DNA of 64,000 nt from an uncultured Christensenella sp. (GCA_910579705.1 CAJTUI010000013.1:506-64505), one strand, 5' to 3'. Positions 1 to 15,269 are shown, counted from the stretch's first letter. Notes: generated by a model from the letters alone, not told the origin. A program made the numbers and translations.

Positions 1-1
1 T

Positions 2-385
2 TTGTCTGTACTGTTCAATATCGAACTTGTCAAACTCTTTTCGATATGCGCGTTCAGCCGCTTCCTCTTTCGCTTCTTCCATCCTATCTATGCGGTAGGT
101 AACAGTATTGTCGTGATTATCATAGTAGCAAACAAGATAATAGTTGTCTTTGTTCCACACGACCACAAGCGGATTGACAACGTACCGTTCGCCGCCTTTG
201 CGGTACACCTTATTCTTTTTATAGTCCAAAGAATAGTATTGGAACGACACTTTCTTATTGTTCGCTATGGCTTGTTTAAGCGTGTCTATCGTGTAAATTA
301 TGTACCTATTGTTCCGCTTGGGAATTGTACCAAAACGAGCGGCCGCTGTCAGCTCGTTTGCTTGAAAGTCGCCCATTGTAGTCAT
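2..385 (-). other. WYL-domain-like coding segment without the usual N-terminal HTH, in the same frame as the GH20 ORF
   Basis: Translation MTTMGDFQANELTAAARFGTIPKRNNRYIIYTIDTLKQAIANNKKVSFQYYSLDYKKNKVYRKGGERYVVNPLVVVWNKDNYYLVCYYDNHDNTVTYRIDRMEEAKEEAAERAYRKEFDKFDIEQYRQ. The layout SF.Y...YRK.GERYVV.P...W...NYYL...YR.DRM matches Firmicutes WYL regulators as I recall them. Confidence 0.6.
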
Positions 386-1692
386 AAGTTTACTGCCGTA
401 AAATTTGCTTTTATTCGGCAGAACGTCGTCGGCAAACTCCAACGCGATAAAATCGTCATAATTTATACCGACTATGCGCTCGAACGCTTTTTTATAATCG
501 TCATTTCTGTACGCTCTTTCCGCCACGTAGACAAGCGTTGGCAAAACCGAAAATGCAGAGCATTCGCATCCGTCGTCACCCCATACCGTCATTAATATAT
601 CCTTGACCCCGTGTTCCTTGCAAGCATCAAGCGCAAGCTCCGTACGGTTCACCGACATAGTATTTTTAGGCGCAAACCCGCTCCACCGCCACGCTCCGCC
701 CGCAAAAGATATTTTGTCCGTCAATTGTTTATGCGTTGCAAGCATTTTATTGTATTCGCTTTTATCGTTACGGTAATAATCCCAATACATTAGCGTCAGA
801 TTTTTTGGAATAATATCTTTTACACTCTTCGGCATTTCTGAATCACTCGGTTCATACGCACCTTTACAAGCAAGACGGAAAAACATATCCGACCACATAG
901 TGCAAGCAAAACCGTACTTGTCCGCTATTTCAAGAACGCGTTTCATGTGTTTATATAACAAATCAAACCTATTTTGATATCCGTGTTCATCAAGATATTT
1001 CCCCAGCCCCACCATATGCGCTTCGTCCATACCGATATGCACTTTGCGCGAAGTAAAACACTCAGCGAGCGTTTTGAACATTTTATCTATAAGCTCGTAG
1101 GTTTTGTTGTCGCCGATAAGCAAAATATCGTTGCAGTCTATAATAGGCTTAAACCGTTCCCAGCGCGTAACCGCATTCACGTGCGCCAACGTTTGTATGC
1201 AAGGCACAAGCTCGATGCCGAATATGCGGGCGTAAGAATCTATTTCACGCAACTCCGCTTTTGTGTATCTGCCGCGCAAATACCCGAAATACGGCTCGCT
1301 TTCTATTTCGTACGTATCCTCGGTATACAGCATAAGCGTATCGTAACCCATACACGCCAATAAGCGTACGTACTTTTTTACCGCCGATACCTTTAACACC
1401 GCGTTGCGCGAGCAATCAAGCATTACGCCTATCGAATCGAATACGCGTTCTTCCCGAATATCCGTTTTACCGCCTATAAGCTTTACGAACTCACGGTAAA
1501 ATTCGCATTTTTTTGTATATGTGATTTCAAAGCCGTTTTGGGTTTCACGAATTCCCGCAACGCCTTTTTTAACAGTTAACACAGCTTTTCCGGGCAAGGA
1601 AAATTTATAATCTTCCTTCAATTCGTTTAAGCCCGTTATCAAGTCGGCGGGTATAAACGATATATCCAAATTAATCTTAGTTTCTTCGCTCA

Positions 1693-1693
<1 letters not shown>
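2..1693 (-). CDS. GH20 beta-N-acetylhexosaminidase-like protein; frame continues with no stop into a WYL-like segment and off the left edge (partial, at least 564 codons)
   Basis: Not in the ORF track because no stop is reached. Manual minus-strand translation from ATG at 1693: MSEETKINLD...IGVMLDCSRNAV...RKVHIGMDEAHMVGLGKYL...ILMTVWGDDGCECS. H-x-G-x-D-E is the GH20 catalytic motif. In-frame triplets 2-961 were checked one by one and contain no stop. The ATG overlaps the GH2 stop (TAATG). Confidence 0.8.
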
Positions 1694-6626
<4,933 letters not shown>

Positions 6627-6645
6627 TATTTTATCCTCACAATGA

Positions 6646-8781
6646 TTAATACAATATAAAATTAACTCTTTTCACGTCTCGGCTGTTAAAGCCGACCATA
6701 AGTTCGAATTCTCCCTTCTCGGCTTCGAATCTTCTGCTTGCCGTATAAAATTTCAACATTTCTTCATCCAAGTTAAAACTTACGTCCGTTTCTTCCGCAG
6801 GTTCGAGTTTAACTTTTTTAAATGCTTTCAATTCTTTTACTGGTCTTACTACCGACGCGAACTTATCACGGATATAAAGCTGAACGACTTCTTCACCGCG
6901 TCTTTGTCCTATATTTTTAATTCTGACGCTTGCGGTGATACTGCCCCCGCAAACAAGTTTATTATCAGACAATTTAATGTCGCTCATTTCAAACTCGGTA
7001 TACGTCAATCCGAAGCCGAAAGGATATAGCGGCGAATTAAGACTGTCTATATACGAGCTTTTAAACATAAAATTATCCGAAGTGTCGGGAATTTTCGGTC
7101 TACCCGTGTTAAAATAATTGTAATAAACAGGACATTGCCCCGTAGTTCTTGGAAAAGACATAGTAATCTTACCGCAAGGTTCGCATTCACCGTAAAGTAA
7201 ATTAGCAATCGCAGTTCCACCCTCTGTTCCCGGCTGCCAGACGTATAATATAGCATTTACGTAAGCTTCTACTTCCGTTAATACCTGAGGCCGTCCGCCG
7301 AAAACCACTAAAACCGTCTTTTTGCCGAGCCTATTCAGTCGTTTAACAAGTTCGAGCTGCACTTTCGGCAAGGATAACTTACTGCGCGAGACTCCCTCTC
7401 CCGCATAGTCGGAACGCTCGCCTATGCAAACAATGATTGTATCGCTGACGCTTGCTATCGATTCGGCGTCCGCAAATTTGCCGTAATCGTTATCTTCAAA
7501 TTCGACGCTGCAACCCATAGCGAAAGGAACGGTACGATTAAGCAGAGTTTCCATACCTGTTTTTACGCTTACCGCTTCTTCGATTTTGCCCAAACATTTC
7601 CAATTGCCGATAATGCTTTGCTCGTCGGCAAAAGGACCGACAAGACATACTTTTTCATTTACCGTTAAAGGCAAAGCGTTCTCATTTTTCAAAAGCACGC
7701 ACGATTTTTCCGCGGCGATACGGGCAAACTCTCTATGCGCTTTGGGTAAAACCTTAAAATTGTTTTCCGCATCAGTGCCGTAAAGCGGATTCTCAAACAG
7801 TCCCAACCTATTTTTAAGCGTTAAAACGCGGTAAAGCATTGCATTTATTTTATCTAACGCAACTTTGCCCTCTTCAATAAGTTCGGGCAAATGCCGTATA
7901 TACGAGGGCGAAGTCATTTCAATATCCACCTCGTTATTGGCGGCGACGAGGGCACATTTCTTTAAATCGGCGCAATACCCGTGGTTTATCATTTCACGGA
8001 CGCCGTCATAGTCGCTTATAGTCACACCCGTAAATCCCCATTCGCCACGCAATAAGTCCAAAAGCAGCTCGCCGTGTCCATTTACGGGAACGCCGTTTAA
8101 AAGATTGAACGACGTCATTACCATTTCAGGCTCTTCTTTTAAACATTCTTCATAGCCCTTCAAGTAGTAATTTCTTAAAGAATATTCGCCGATTTCAGTC
8201 GTATTGTAATCCTTGCCTGCTTCGCAAGCTCCGTATGCGGCGAAATGTTTTATGCACACGGCAAGCCCGCCCTTTTTAAACCCGCGTATAAATGCGCGCC
8301 CCATTAAACCATTAAGGTACGGGTCCTCGCCCGTGGATTCCATAACTCTGCCCCAACGCGCATCCCTTACCAAATCGACCATAGGCGCGAACGTTACCAT
8401 AACGCCGTTTGCCTTTGCTTCGATAGCGGATATTTCGGCGCAACGCTCCGCAAGCTCCAAATCAAACGTACCGCCGATAGCTATATTTAACGGAAATATA
8501 GTTCTGTATCCGTGAACGACGTCCTGCATCAGAATAAGCGGTATAGCGCTATGCTTTAAATGCTCGGTCTGCAATTCAATCGCTTTTTCCGCACCCGAAA
8601 AATTCAACACCGAACCTATTCCGTCAACGTCTTCCCGCGATAAATTCAAGTTACCGCAGTTGCCCGTTACGGTCGCTTCGTCGTCTTTTATTATAGTCGT
8701 TGCATCTATCTGCGTAAGTTGCCTCGCTTTTTCAAGCACGGACATTCCGCCTATTATTTCTTTTATTTTTTCGTTTTCCAT
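6646..8781 (-). CDS. GH3 glycoside hydrolase (second paralogue), no signal peptide
   Basis: 711 aa. Motifs LILMQDVVHGY, KHFAAYG, GVTISDYDG. Confidence 0.85.
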   Translation of the reverse strand: MENEKIKEIIGGMSVLEKARQLTQIDATTIIKDDEATVTGNCGNLNLSREDVDGIGSVLNFSGAEKAIELQTEHLKHSAIPLILMQDVVHGYRTIFPLNIAIGGTFDLELAERCAEISAIEAKANGVMVTFAPMVDLVRDARWGRVMESTGEDPYLNGLMGRAFIRGFKKGGLAVCIKHFAAYGACEAGKDYNTTEIGEYSLRNYYLKGYEECLKEEPEMVMTSFNLLNGVPVNGHGELLLDLLRGEWGFTGVTISDYDGVREMINHGYCADLKKCALVAANNEVDIEMTSPSYIRHLPELIEEGKVALDKINAMLYRVLTLKNRLGLFENPLYGTDAENNFKVLPKAHREFARIAAEKSCVLLKNENALPLTVNEKVCLVGPFADEQSIIGNWKCLGKIEEAVSVKTGMETLLNRTVPFAMGCSVEFEDNDYGKFADAESIASVSDTIIVCIGERSDYAGEGVSRSKLSLPKVQLELVKRLNRLGKKTVLVVFGGRPQVLTEVEAYVNAILYVWQPGTEGGTAIANLLYGECEPCGKITMSFPRTTGQCPVYYNYFNTGRPKIPDTSDNFMFKSSYIDSLNSPLYPFGFGLTYTEFEMSDIKLSDNKLVCGGSITASVRIKNIGQRRGEEVVQLYIRDKFASVVRPVKELKAFKKVKLEPAEETDVSFNLDEEMLKFYTASRRFEAEKGEFELMVGFNSRDVKRVNFILY

Positions 8782-8790
8782 TTCAGCCTG

Positions 8791-11301
8791 TCACAAATAA
8801 AATTTAATTTCGTATTCCTTGTCGATATCGGCATTTATCTTTGTGCATATAACTCCGTTGTCCGGCGAGGTATCTTCGGTACTGAACGGGAACACCGTTT
8901 TCTGCTTAGCATTTTTTACAAAGCTGCAGTTTTTACCGTTGACAGTTAATTTTTTAACGTCATCAACCCCTTTCAGAAGATGATATTTCAGTATAATTTC
9001 ACGGCTCATAAAGCGTTTATTACCGTCAAAACCGCCGCTTGCCGCTTCAAATCTGACGACAAACGCATTTTCGCTTTCGCTGTAATATGCGCTGTAATTA
9101 CTTTTTCTGTATTGACCGAGTTTATACGCCGTGCTATTTGTATCGTCTTCATATAAATATCCGCTGTCGCACGACTCTTTGCCGGGATAGAAATCGTAAA
9201 CAAGTTTATCCCAATTCTGTTCTTTGGTGTTTTTTGCTTCATAGGCAAGTGGAATAAGCGCGCCGAGACGAACAAATATCGGCATTTCCTTTAAGCCGTA
9301 TTCACGCCGCACCGTCTTACCGCCGTTGTAAATTTTACCGCCGAACACGTCCAGCCATTTACCAGAAGGCAAATATACCGCCGCTTTTTCCGAGCGTCTC
9401 AACTCTAAATAATACAGTCCTATCGCCGCTTCTCCGCCCGCCTGAAAATATTCTATCTCGACTTTATGCGGCTTGTTCTTTTCTATAACCTTTAAAGGAA
9501 AATCTATCGCCATGTGCAAAGATTTGTCCTCCAAAACTTTTTCGCAATCGAGCCACACCGTCGCGCCGTCGTCGCAGCGTACGACAAGCTCTACGTCGTC
9601 GGAAAAAGTTACTTCGGTTTCAAACCGTGCGGAAAAATTATATACGGGCACTCCTTTTTCAGGTGACGTATGATTGAGCTTTATATCAAGTTTTTCATAC
9701 TCGGTTTCGACTATCGGGTCGCCTTTAAGCTCCGTTCCGTCATAATAGACGGCTTTAACGGGTCTTGTATAATTAGCCCTATCAACGCAAACGGCTCTAC
9801 CGCTCGATAACGGACTTATGAGAATATTATTGCCGAGCATATAAGAGTTTTCACACTTTAACGCCTTTTTATCTTTGGGATATTCCCAGCCCAACGACTT
9901 AAATATAGGTTCGCCCGTATCATAAGCGTTAAAAGCGTTTTTATAAATTACGGGAAGCAATCTGTATCTTAAATTGTTGTATTCTCTTACAATATCGAGA
10001 GTTTCTTCATCATACGCCCACGGTTCACGTAGACGACTGACTATATTCGAGCAATGCGGACGAAATACAGGTGAAAATACGCCGTACTGCATCCAGCGGA
10101 TAAATCCTTCTTTATTGGGATTTCCCTGATGCCCGCCGCAGTCCGAATGACAATAAGTCACGCAGTTGTCGCCTGTTTTGAGCATTGTTTTAATTTCGTT
10201 TATAAGCGCGTCGGGGTCGCTTTGGCTATCACCCGTCCATTGCACCGAATAACGGTGCGAAGCGCTGTCGCTTATTCCTTCATAGCAGGAATTATTCACG
10301 TTTACCGCATTGCCCATAATTACAGGACGTCGATATATTTCTTTACTGCCGGACTGCTTTTGATAATGATGCCGCGTTACGTCCTCAAACAAATACAGTC
10401 CGAACGTTTCCCATCGGATATTTTCAGTCGGAGAAATAAGGCTCGTCGTCCAGTTTCTGTCGTACCACCAGATATCCAAGCCCCTTTGCATTAACGACTG
10501 TAAGTTCCTTTCACGGTACTCTATCTCTTCGGGAGAAAATACCTGCGTGCCATTTACGGGTTCGGGGTGATCGTTAAACATTACATCTACCCCGTGTTCG
10601 TGCGCGAAGTCCAAAAACCTCTTCATATCGGGGAAGAGTTTAGTGTTTATATCATATCCCCAGCCGTGTTCGCAACTCCGCCAGTCCGTATCTATTACCA
10701 TTACGTCCAAAGGCACGTTGTTTTTTTCATAATCCAAGATAAGCCGTTTCGCTTTTTCTTCCGTGTAAGCATAATATTTAGAGTTCCAACCGCCGAGCGT
10801 GGAAAGACGCACAAGTTCGGGCTTGCCAGTAAGCTCGACGTAGAGCTTGCGGAGCTTTTTCGCGTCTTTATTGCACAACAAAAGATATACGTCTTGTACG
10901 TTCTCCTCTACCGTATATTCGCCCTTTCTCTCTACGGAATAGCCGCCTTTAGGAATTATTATTCTCGGCGTATCCGATATCGCGAATACTTCGGGCGTCT
11001 TATCCAGAGGCGGCAGCTCGCCGCTGTTTGCAAGTTTTTTATACGAATAAATCTTTTTGCCGTTCTTTTCAAGGCGAACGCCGGACAAAGATTTTGCGTT
11101 TTCGGGGATATATAATTCGTATTCGCCGAAACGAATTACGCCATCTTCCCGCGCATATTCACCGCCACACGTAAAACCCGTACGGTTGGGTATAAAAAAC
11201 GTATCATCATTACAAAACTTCCCGTTTTTGCCGTACTCTATACGAACAATATCGCTGTTTAACAGCTGTATTCTTACATTATTCAAAATAACTTCTTTCA
11301 T
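8791..11301 (-). CDS. GH31 family alpha-glycosidase with PA14-like insert, specificity not assignable by eye
   Basis: 836 aa. Motifs VMVIDTDW, MFNDHPEP, DIWWYDRNW, QWTGDSQSD. PA14-like stretch VRCDDGATVWLD...IEYFQAGGEAAIGLYY. No signal peptide. Confidence 0.75.
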   Translation of the reverse strand: MKEVILNNVRIQLLNSDIVRIEYGKNGKFCNDDTFFIPNRTGFTCGGEYAREDGVIRFGEYELYIPENAKSLSGVRLEKNGKKIYSYKKLANSGELPPLDKTPEVFAISDTPRIIIPKGGYSVERKGEYTVEENVQDVYLLLCNKDAKKLRKLYVELTGKPELVRLSTLGGWNSKYYAYTEEKAKRLILDYEKNNVPLDVMVIDTDWRSCEHGWGYDINTKLFPDMKRFLDFAHEHGVDVMFNDHPEPVNGTQVFSPEEIEYRERNLQSLMQRGLDIWWYDRNWTTSLISPTENIRWETFGLYLFEDVTRHHYQKQSGSKEIYRRPVIMGNAVNVNNSCYEGISDSASHRYSVQWTGDSQSDPDALINEIKTMLKTGDNCVTYCHSDCGGHQGNPNKEGFIRWMQYGVFSPVFRPHCSNIVSRLREPWAYDEETLDIVREYNNLRYRLLPVIYKNAFNAYDTGEPIFKSLGWEYPKDKKALKCENSYMLGNNILISPLSSGRAVCVDRANYTRPVKAVYYDGTELKGDPIVETEYEKLDIKLNHTSPEKGVPVYNFSARFETEVTFSDDVELVVRCDDGATVWLDCEKVLEDKSLHMAIDFPLKVIEKNKPHKVEIEYFQAGGEAAIGLYYLELRRSEKAAVYLPSGKWLDVFGGKIYNGGKTVRREYGLKEMPIFVRLGALIPLAYEAKNTKEQNWDKLVYDFYPGKESCDSGYLYEDDTNSTAYKLGQYRKSNYSAYYSESENAFVVRFEAASGGFDGNKRFMSREIILKYHLLKGVDDVKKLTVNGKNCSFVKNAKQKTVFPFSTEDTSPDNGVICTKINADIDKEYEIKFYL

Positions 11302-11389
11302 AATTATAAAGAAGGGGAATCGGGCGCAATTGCAGTAAAATAAAATTAAGCCGCCCTTTTCCCCTCAAGTAGTATTTATTAATTGTATC

Positions 11390-12343
11390 TTATTCTTTTC
11401 CGCCGCCGAAAGAAATGCCCTCTATAAAGAATTTCTGACAGCCGAGATAAACGATTATAAGCGGTATCATTGCCATAAGCGATGACGCGCATTGGAAGTT
11501 ATAATCTCCGTTAGGCGACGTGGACATATAAGTAATAAGTTTCTGCAACGTAAGCTGCAATGTCCACATAGTTTCGCTTTCGTTTCCAAGATACATAAGC
11601 GCGCTGGCATAATTGTTGTACCCGCCGACGAAACCGAATATAAACTGCGCTATTAAAGCGGGCTTTGAAAGCGGAAGAACAATGGTAAAGAATATCTGCC
11701 AGAAATTCATTCCGTCTATTTTAGCCGCTTCGATTATTTCGCCGCTTATACCGTCGAGATAAGGGCGCAAAAAGAATACCGTTCCCGCGCTTGCAAACAA
11801 CCCCGGAACAATCAGCGGCAGATACGCCGCAAAGCCTTCCGTCCAGCCTAAATTCTGATAGAACATATATCCGACGAAGCCGAACGCGCTCAGAGGTATG
11901 AACATCAACGTTATTGTAAACATAAACAGCGAGTTTTTGAACGGAAACTTTTCCTGCCAATAGCAGTATGCAACCAGAAGTGATTGCAAAAGTCCCGAAA
12001 CGAGCGGAATGAGCGTTATCCACATCGTGTTCAAGAAACCCCTTAATAGTGAAGGCATTCCGTCAACCATATACGGGTCGCTTACAAACAATCTTTCATA
12101 ACCTTCAAGCGAAAAATCCTTGGGCCACCAGATATAACCGGTTGCATCGCCGTACTCCGCGTTCGTCGTAAACGAAGTAACCAAAATTATGAAAAACGGC
12201 GCAAGTATCCATACGGCGTAAAACAGCAGTACCGCATACGTTCCTACTCTGCCTGCCGTAAGCGGCTCTTTCTTTTTTCTCGGTTTGAAATTGCCGTCGC
12301 CGACAGAGGGTTCGGTTAATAATTTTTTTATTTTTGCCTGCAT
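11390..12343 (-). CDS. CUT1 sugar ABC transporter permease (MalG/LplC-like)
   Basis: 317 aa, multi-TM, EAA loop EAAKIDGMNFWQIFFTIVLPLSKP. Confidence 0.9.
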   Translation of the reverse strand: MQAKIKKLLTEPSVGDGNFKPRKKKEPLTAGRVGTYAVLLFYAVWILAPFFIILVTSFTTNAEYGDATGYIWWPKDFSLEGYERLFVSDPYMVDGMPSLLRGFLNTMWITLIPLVSGLLQSLLVAYCYWQEKFPFKNSLFMFTITLMFIPLSAFGFVGYMFYQNLGWTEGFAAYLPLIVPGLFASAGTVFFLRPYLDGISGEIIEAAKIDGMNFWQIFFTIVLPLSKPALIAQFIFGFVGGYNNYASALMYLGNESETMWTLQLTLQKLITYMSTSPNGDYNFQCASSLMAMIPLIIVYLGCQKFFIEGISFGGGKE

Positions 12344-12346
12344 ATT

Positions 12347-13294
12347 TTAACCCTCCGAAGCCTTATTGCGCGCCTTGATTATAGGATAAGACAGCGCAAA
12401 CGTAACTATGAACAAAAACCAGCTCATTACCGCGGCATATTCCATTTCTCCATGCGATACGCCCTTGATATAGATGTAATAATTGACAGTAAGCCCAACG
12501 TCGTTCGGTCCTGCAACGCCCGTCCATTGTAACGGAGCAAGCACGAGTACGCTGTCGAACACGGCAAGTCCCGTTGTTACGCTTGCAAGCAACAAGAACA
12601 GCAATACCGATTTAATGCTTGGAAGAGTAACGTGCCAGAAACGGTAAAACGCGCCTGCGCCGTCCAACGACGCCGCCTCGTGCAGAGACGGGTTCACGTT
12701 TTTAAGAGCCGCTTTAAACATTACTATTCCGTATGCGGGAGCCTGCCACACGATGGTGATATATACGCAAAGCACAAGCCTGAACGGTCGGTCGGTATCG
12801 TCAAGCCAATCTATTTTAGTGCCTAAAATAGCGTTAACGATACCGTGGTCTTTTGAGAAAACCCACGACCACATAATTGCAACGGCAACAGTAGAACAGA
12901 TATAAGGTATAAAATAAATTACCTGCAATACTTTTGCGCCCTTTACCTTCTGCTCCAAAAGCACGGCTATAATAAGAGCTATTAACAGAGTTACAAACTG
13001 CGAAGTTGCAAGTATAAGCGTTACGCCCCAGCTCTTCCAAAACCGTTCATCCTGAAATACGTAGGCAAAATTTTGAAACCCGTTCCATTGCATTGTTGCA
13101 ATATCGTTGTTATCCATATCGGTGAACATAGATATAAACGAAAGCGCAACGGGGAAACCGTTGAAAACGAAATACGCCACTATGGGTATAAAAACTATTA
13201 CAAGACATACCCAGCTGAACGGCTTCCACTTTGCTTTGCGCTTAGGAATACTTTCGGTCGCCGATAAATTTTCAAGCGCCTTTATTCCGTTCAT
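12347..13294 (-). CDS. CUT1 sugar ABC transporter permease (MalF/LplB-like)
   Basis: 315 aa, multi-TM, EAA loop EAASLDGAGAFYRFWHVTLPSIKS. Confidence 0.9.
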   Translation of the reverse strand: MNGIKALENLSATESIPKRKAKWKPFSWVCLVIVFIPIVAYFVFNGFPVALSFISMFTDMDNNDIATMQWNGFQNFAYVFQDERFWKSWGVTLILATSQFVTLLIALIIAVLLEQKVKGAKVLQVIYFIPYICSTVAVAIMWSWVFSKDHGIVNAILGTKIDWLDDTDRPFRLVLCVYITIVWQAPAYGIVMFKAALKNVNPSLHEAASLDGAGAFYRFWHVTLPSIKSVLLFLLLASVTTGLAVFDSVLVLAPLQWTGVAGPNDVGLTVNYYIYIKGVSHGEMEYAAVMSWFLFIVTFALSYPIIKARNKASEG

Positions 13295-15196
13295 TTATCT
13301 TATCCCCTTAACTATGCAATACATATTGTTTAAATCGCTTTTGCCTATGCCGCCGTTAGCTTTATAGAACGCGTCCAACGTCATTTCTCCTTTACGGACT
13401 TTGTCGTTAAAATCAGACGACCATTTGCTGACCCAAGCACCGTTTTCGAAATAAGCCCAGTCACCGCGCCCCGCAGAAAGCGATGTCTTTGCAACCGCAT
13501 AAAAATTCTTGCCGTAAGTTATTGACGAATTGCCTATAAAATCGTCGCTGAATAAAGTCTTTTCCGCAACGGGAACAACGGTCTGCGTTTTAGCGATATA
13601 CTTTTGACCTTCGGTTGCGACCCAGCTTATGAAATCCCATGAAGCCTGATATTTTGCAGGGTCGGAACAAGCGGGGATTACGAGTCCTTCGGATATGCTT
13701 GCGGTCGTCGTATTGCCGATGATTTTTGTACCCTTTACAACCTTTAAATCGCCCGTATAAACTTCGTCGTCGTAAGTTTCGCCTATAACTTTAAGATATT
13801 CGTTTGCAAAGCCGGTGCCACCCGAATAATACACGCTGCCGCCCTCGTATTCGCGATAGGTTTCGGGCAGACAGATGTCGAAATCGTTTGCGCGCGAGCT
13901 TTCCATTCTGCCCTTTATTCCCGCGGGTGTGCCGCGTCCCATTGCTACCTGCGCGGTGTTAATTAAATTATCGGTACTCTTGGTATCGGAATTGGCAACG
14001 CCGTAACCCTTATAATTTCCGTCCACAGTAGTTGACGTAGCAACTTGTAAAGACACGTATTCTTTAACCGCGTCGTACTGCGACTTTATTGCATAGATAT
14101 TTTCAGGTTTGTCTGAGGCATTATCTATTGCTTTCACTCTGTCTTCATATAGTACTATTTCACCTGCATTATAAGTGTTGCCGTTTATCTTTGTGTTGTC
14201 CTTAGTAACTATATAATTCGGCTTATTATCCAAAAGAGTAAAATCGTACTCCGTGCCGTTAAAGCCCATAACATCGCCGCCGACCGACCAGCCGTAATTG
14301 AACCAGTATTCGGATACGAAACCGTACTTCGTAGAGGATTTCGTTCCCGTAACCGAACCGTCGTTATATTCGGTGGTAAAATACTTTAAAAGATTCCTTT
14401 GCTCTTCCCAGTTCATTCCTATACAGTCGTTGAAAACTTTATAAACTTCTTTACCCGCAAGATTTTTCGATTTGGTCATTCCCGAAACGGGCGCGTTTTT
14501 ATATTCCGCATACCCGTGAGGCTTTAAACTTGCGCTGTTCTTTGTATTATAATCGTCCATTTCCTCTTCGGGAATGGAAACTATATTTATACCCTGCGCT
14601 TTGAAAAGAGCGGTATTATACCAGTTGAACTGCGCGTTCGTGCCGTAAGGCACGCCCAAAAGGTTTTGCCCTTCGCCGATTGTATGCTTTTTCTGACCCG
14701 CGCCCTGTTTTGCGTCGGGTTCGTAGGTCATTCTCCACCAGTTTAAAACGCTTTCGGGAATAGTGCTGTTTTTAAAATCTTCATCCTTTTCGGCATAGGG
14801 AGTCAAATCAAGAAAATGTCCGTTGGGCGCATATTTACTTGACCGCTCTATTGCGCGCGCTTGAAAAGAGTCCTGACTATCGGAAATTACGACGACGTTA
14901 TCGGCGCGATCGGCGCTTCTTTCAAACACTCCCTTTTGCGGAGTAAGCGAACCGCTGTTCTTATAGGTGACGTACACGTTGTCTTTTATACCTTGCCCGT
15001 CGTTATAAGCCGCAACCAGCTCTTTCCACGCGCTTTCGGAATTACCGTTCGGCGCACACAAAAAACTGATATCCGTTCTGTTGCCTTTGTCTGTGTTCCC
15101 GAGCTGCTCACCGCCACCGCCGCCGCAAGCCGTTAACGAAAACGCAGAAGCCGCCGTAAGACAAATCGCAATAGTTAAAGCAAGTTTCTTTTTCAT
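13295..15196 (-). CDS. Large extracellular solute-binding lipoprotein of the ABC importer
   Basis: 633 aa. Signal peptide plus lipobox LTAC followed by GGGGG linker. Directly upstream of the two permeases. Larger than the ~420-450 aa I recall as typical for these binding proteins. Confidence 0.8.
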   Translation of the reverse strand: MKKKLALTIAICLTAASAFSLTACGGGGGEQLGNTDKGNRTDISFLCAPNGNSESAWKELVAAYNDGQGIKDNVYVTYKNSGSLTPQKGVFERSADRADNVVVISDSQDSFQARAIERSSKYAPNGHFLDLTPYAEKDEDFKNSTIPESVLNWWRMTYEPDAKQGAGQKKHTIGEGQNLLGVPYGTNAQFNWYNTALFKAQGINIVSIPEEEMDDYNTKNSASLKPHGYAEYKNAPVSGMTKSKNLAGKEVYKVFNDCIGMNWEEQRNLLKYFTTEYNDGSVTGTKSSTKYGFVSEYWFNYGWSVGGDVMGFNGTEYDFTLLDNKPNYIVTKDNTKINGNTYNAGEIVLYEDRVKAIDNASDKPENIYAIKSQYDAVKEYVSLQVATSTTVDGNYKGYGVANSDTKSTDNLINTAQVAMGRGTPAGIKGRMESSRANDFDICLPETYREYEGGSVYYSGGTGFANEYLKVIGETYDDEVYTGDLKVVKGTKIIGNTTTASISEGLVIPACSDPAKYQASWDFISWVATEGQKYIAKTQTVVPVAEKTLFSDDFIGNSSITYGKNFYAVAKTSLSAGRGDWAYFENGAWVSKWSSDFNDKVRKGEMTLDAFYKANGGIGKSDLNNMYCIVKGIR

Positions 15197-15232
15197 AATT
15201 TTAACCTCGTTTTTTAATTTAATTGTTTTTTA

Positions 15233-15260
15233 CGGCGGGGCGCGGAAACGCGTCCCGCCG
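15233..15260 (-). promoter_or_regulatory. GC-rich 12-bp intercistronic stem-loop without U-tract (giant gene | SBP gene)
   Basis: cggcggggcgcg-gaaa-cgcgtcccgccg (one G.U pair). In mRNA sense it is followed by taaaaaac, so it is not a canonical intrinsic terminator. Confidence 0.5.
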
Positions 15261-15269
15261 AATAATTAT

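Noticed and set aside
339-346. A NotI site (GCGGCCGC) encoding Ala-Ala-Ala near the GH20/WYL junction, reminiscent of a cloning linker. It is flanked by an 8-bp inverted repeat (aaacgagc/gctcgttt).
   Set aside because: About one such 8-mer is expected by chance in 64 kb. The residues around it still align with natural WYL proteins, so there is no real evidence of engineering.
2-1363. Plus-strand track ORFs 2-595, 611-793 and 974-1363.
   Set aside because: They are the mirror frame of the minus-strand GH20/WYL reading frame, which has clear catalytic motifs. Their translations look like hydrophobic junk.
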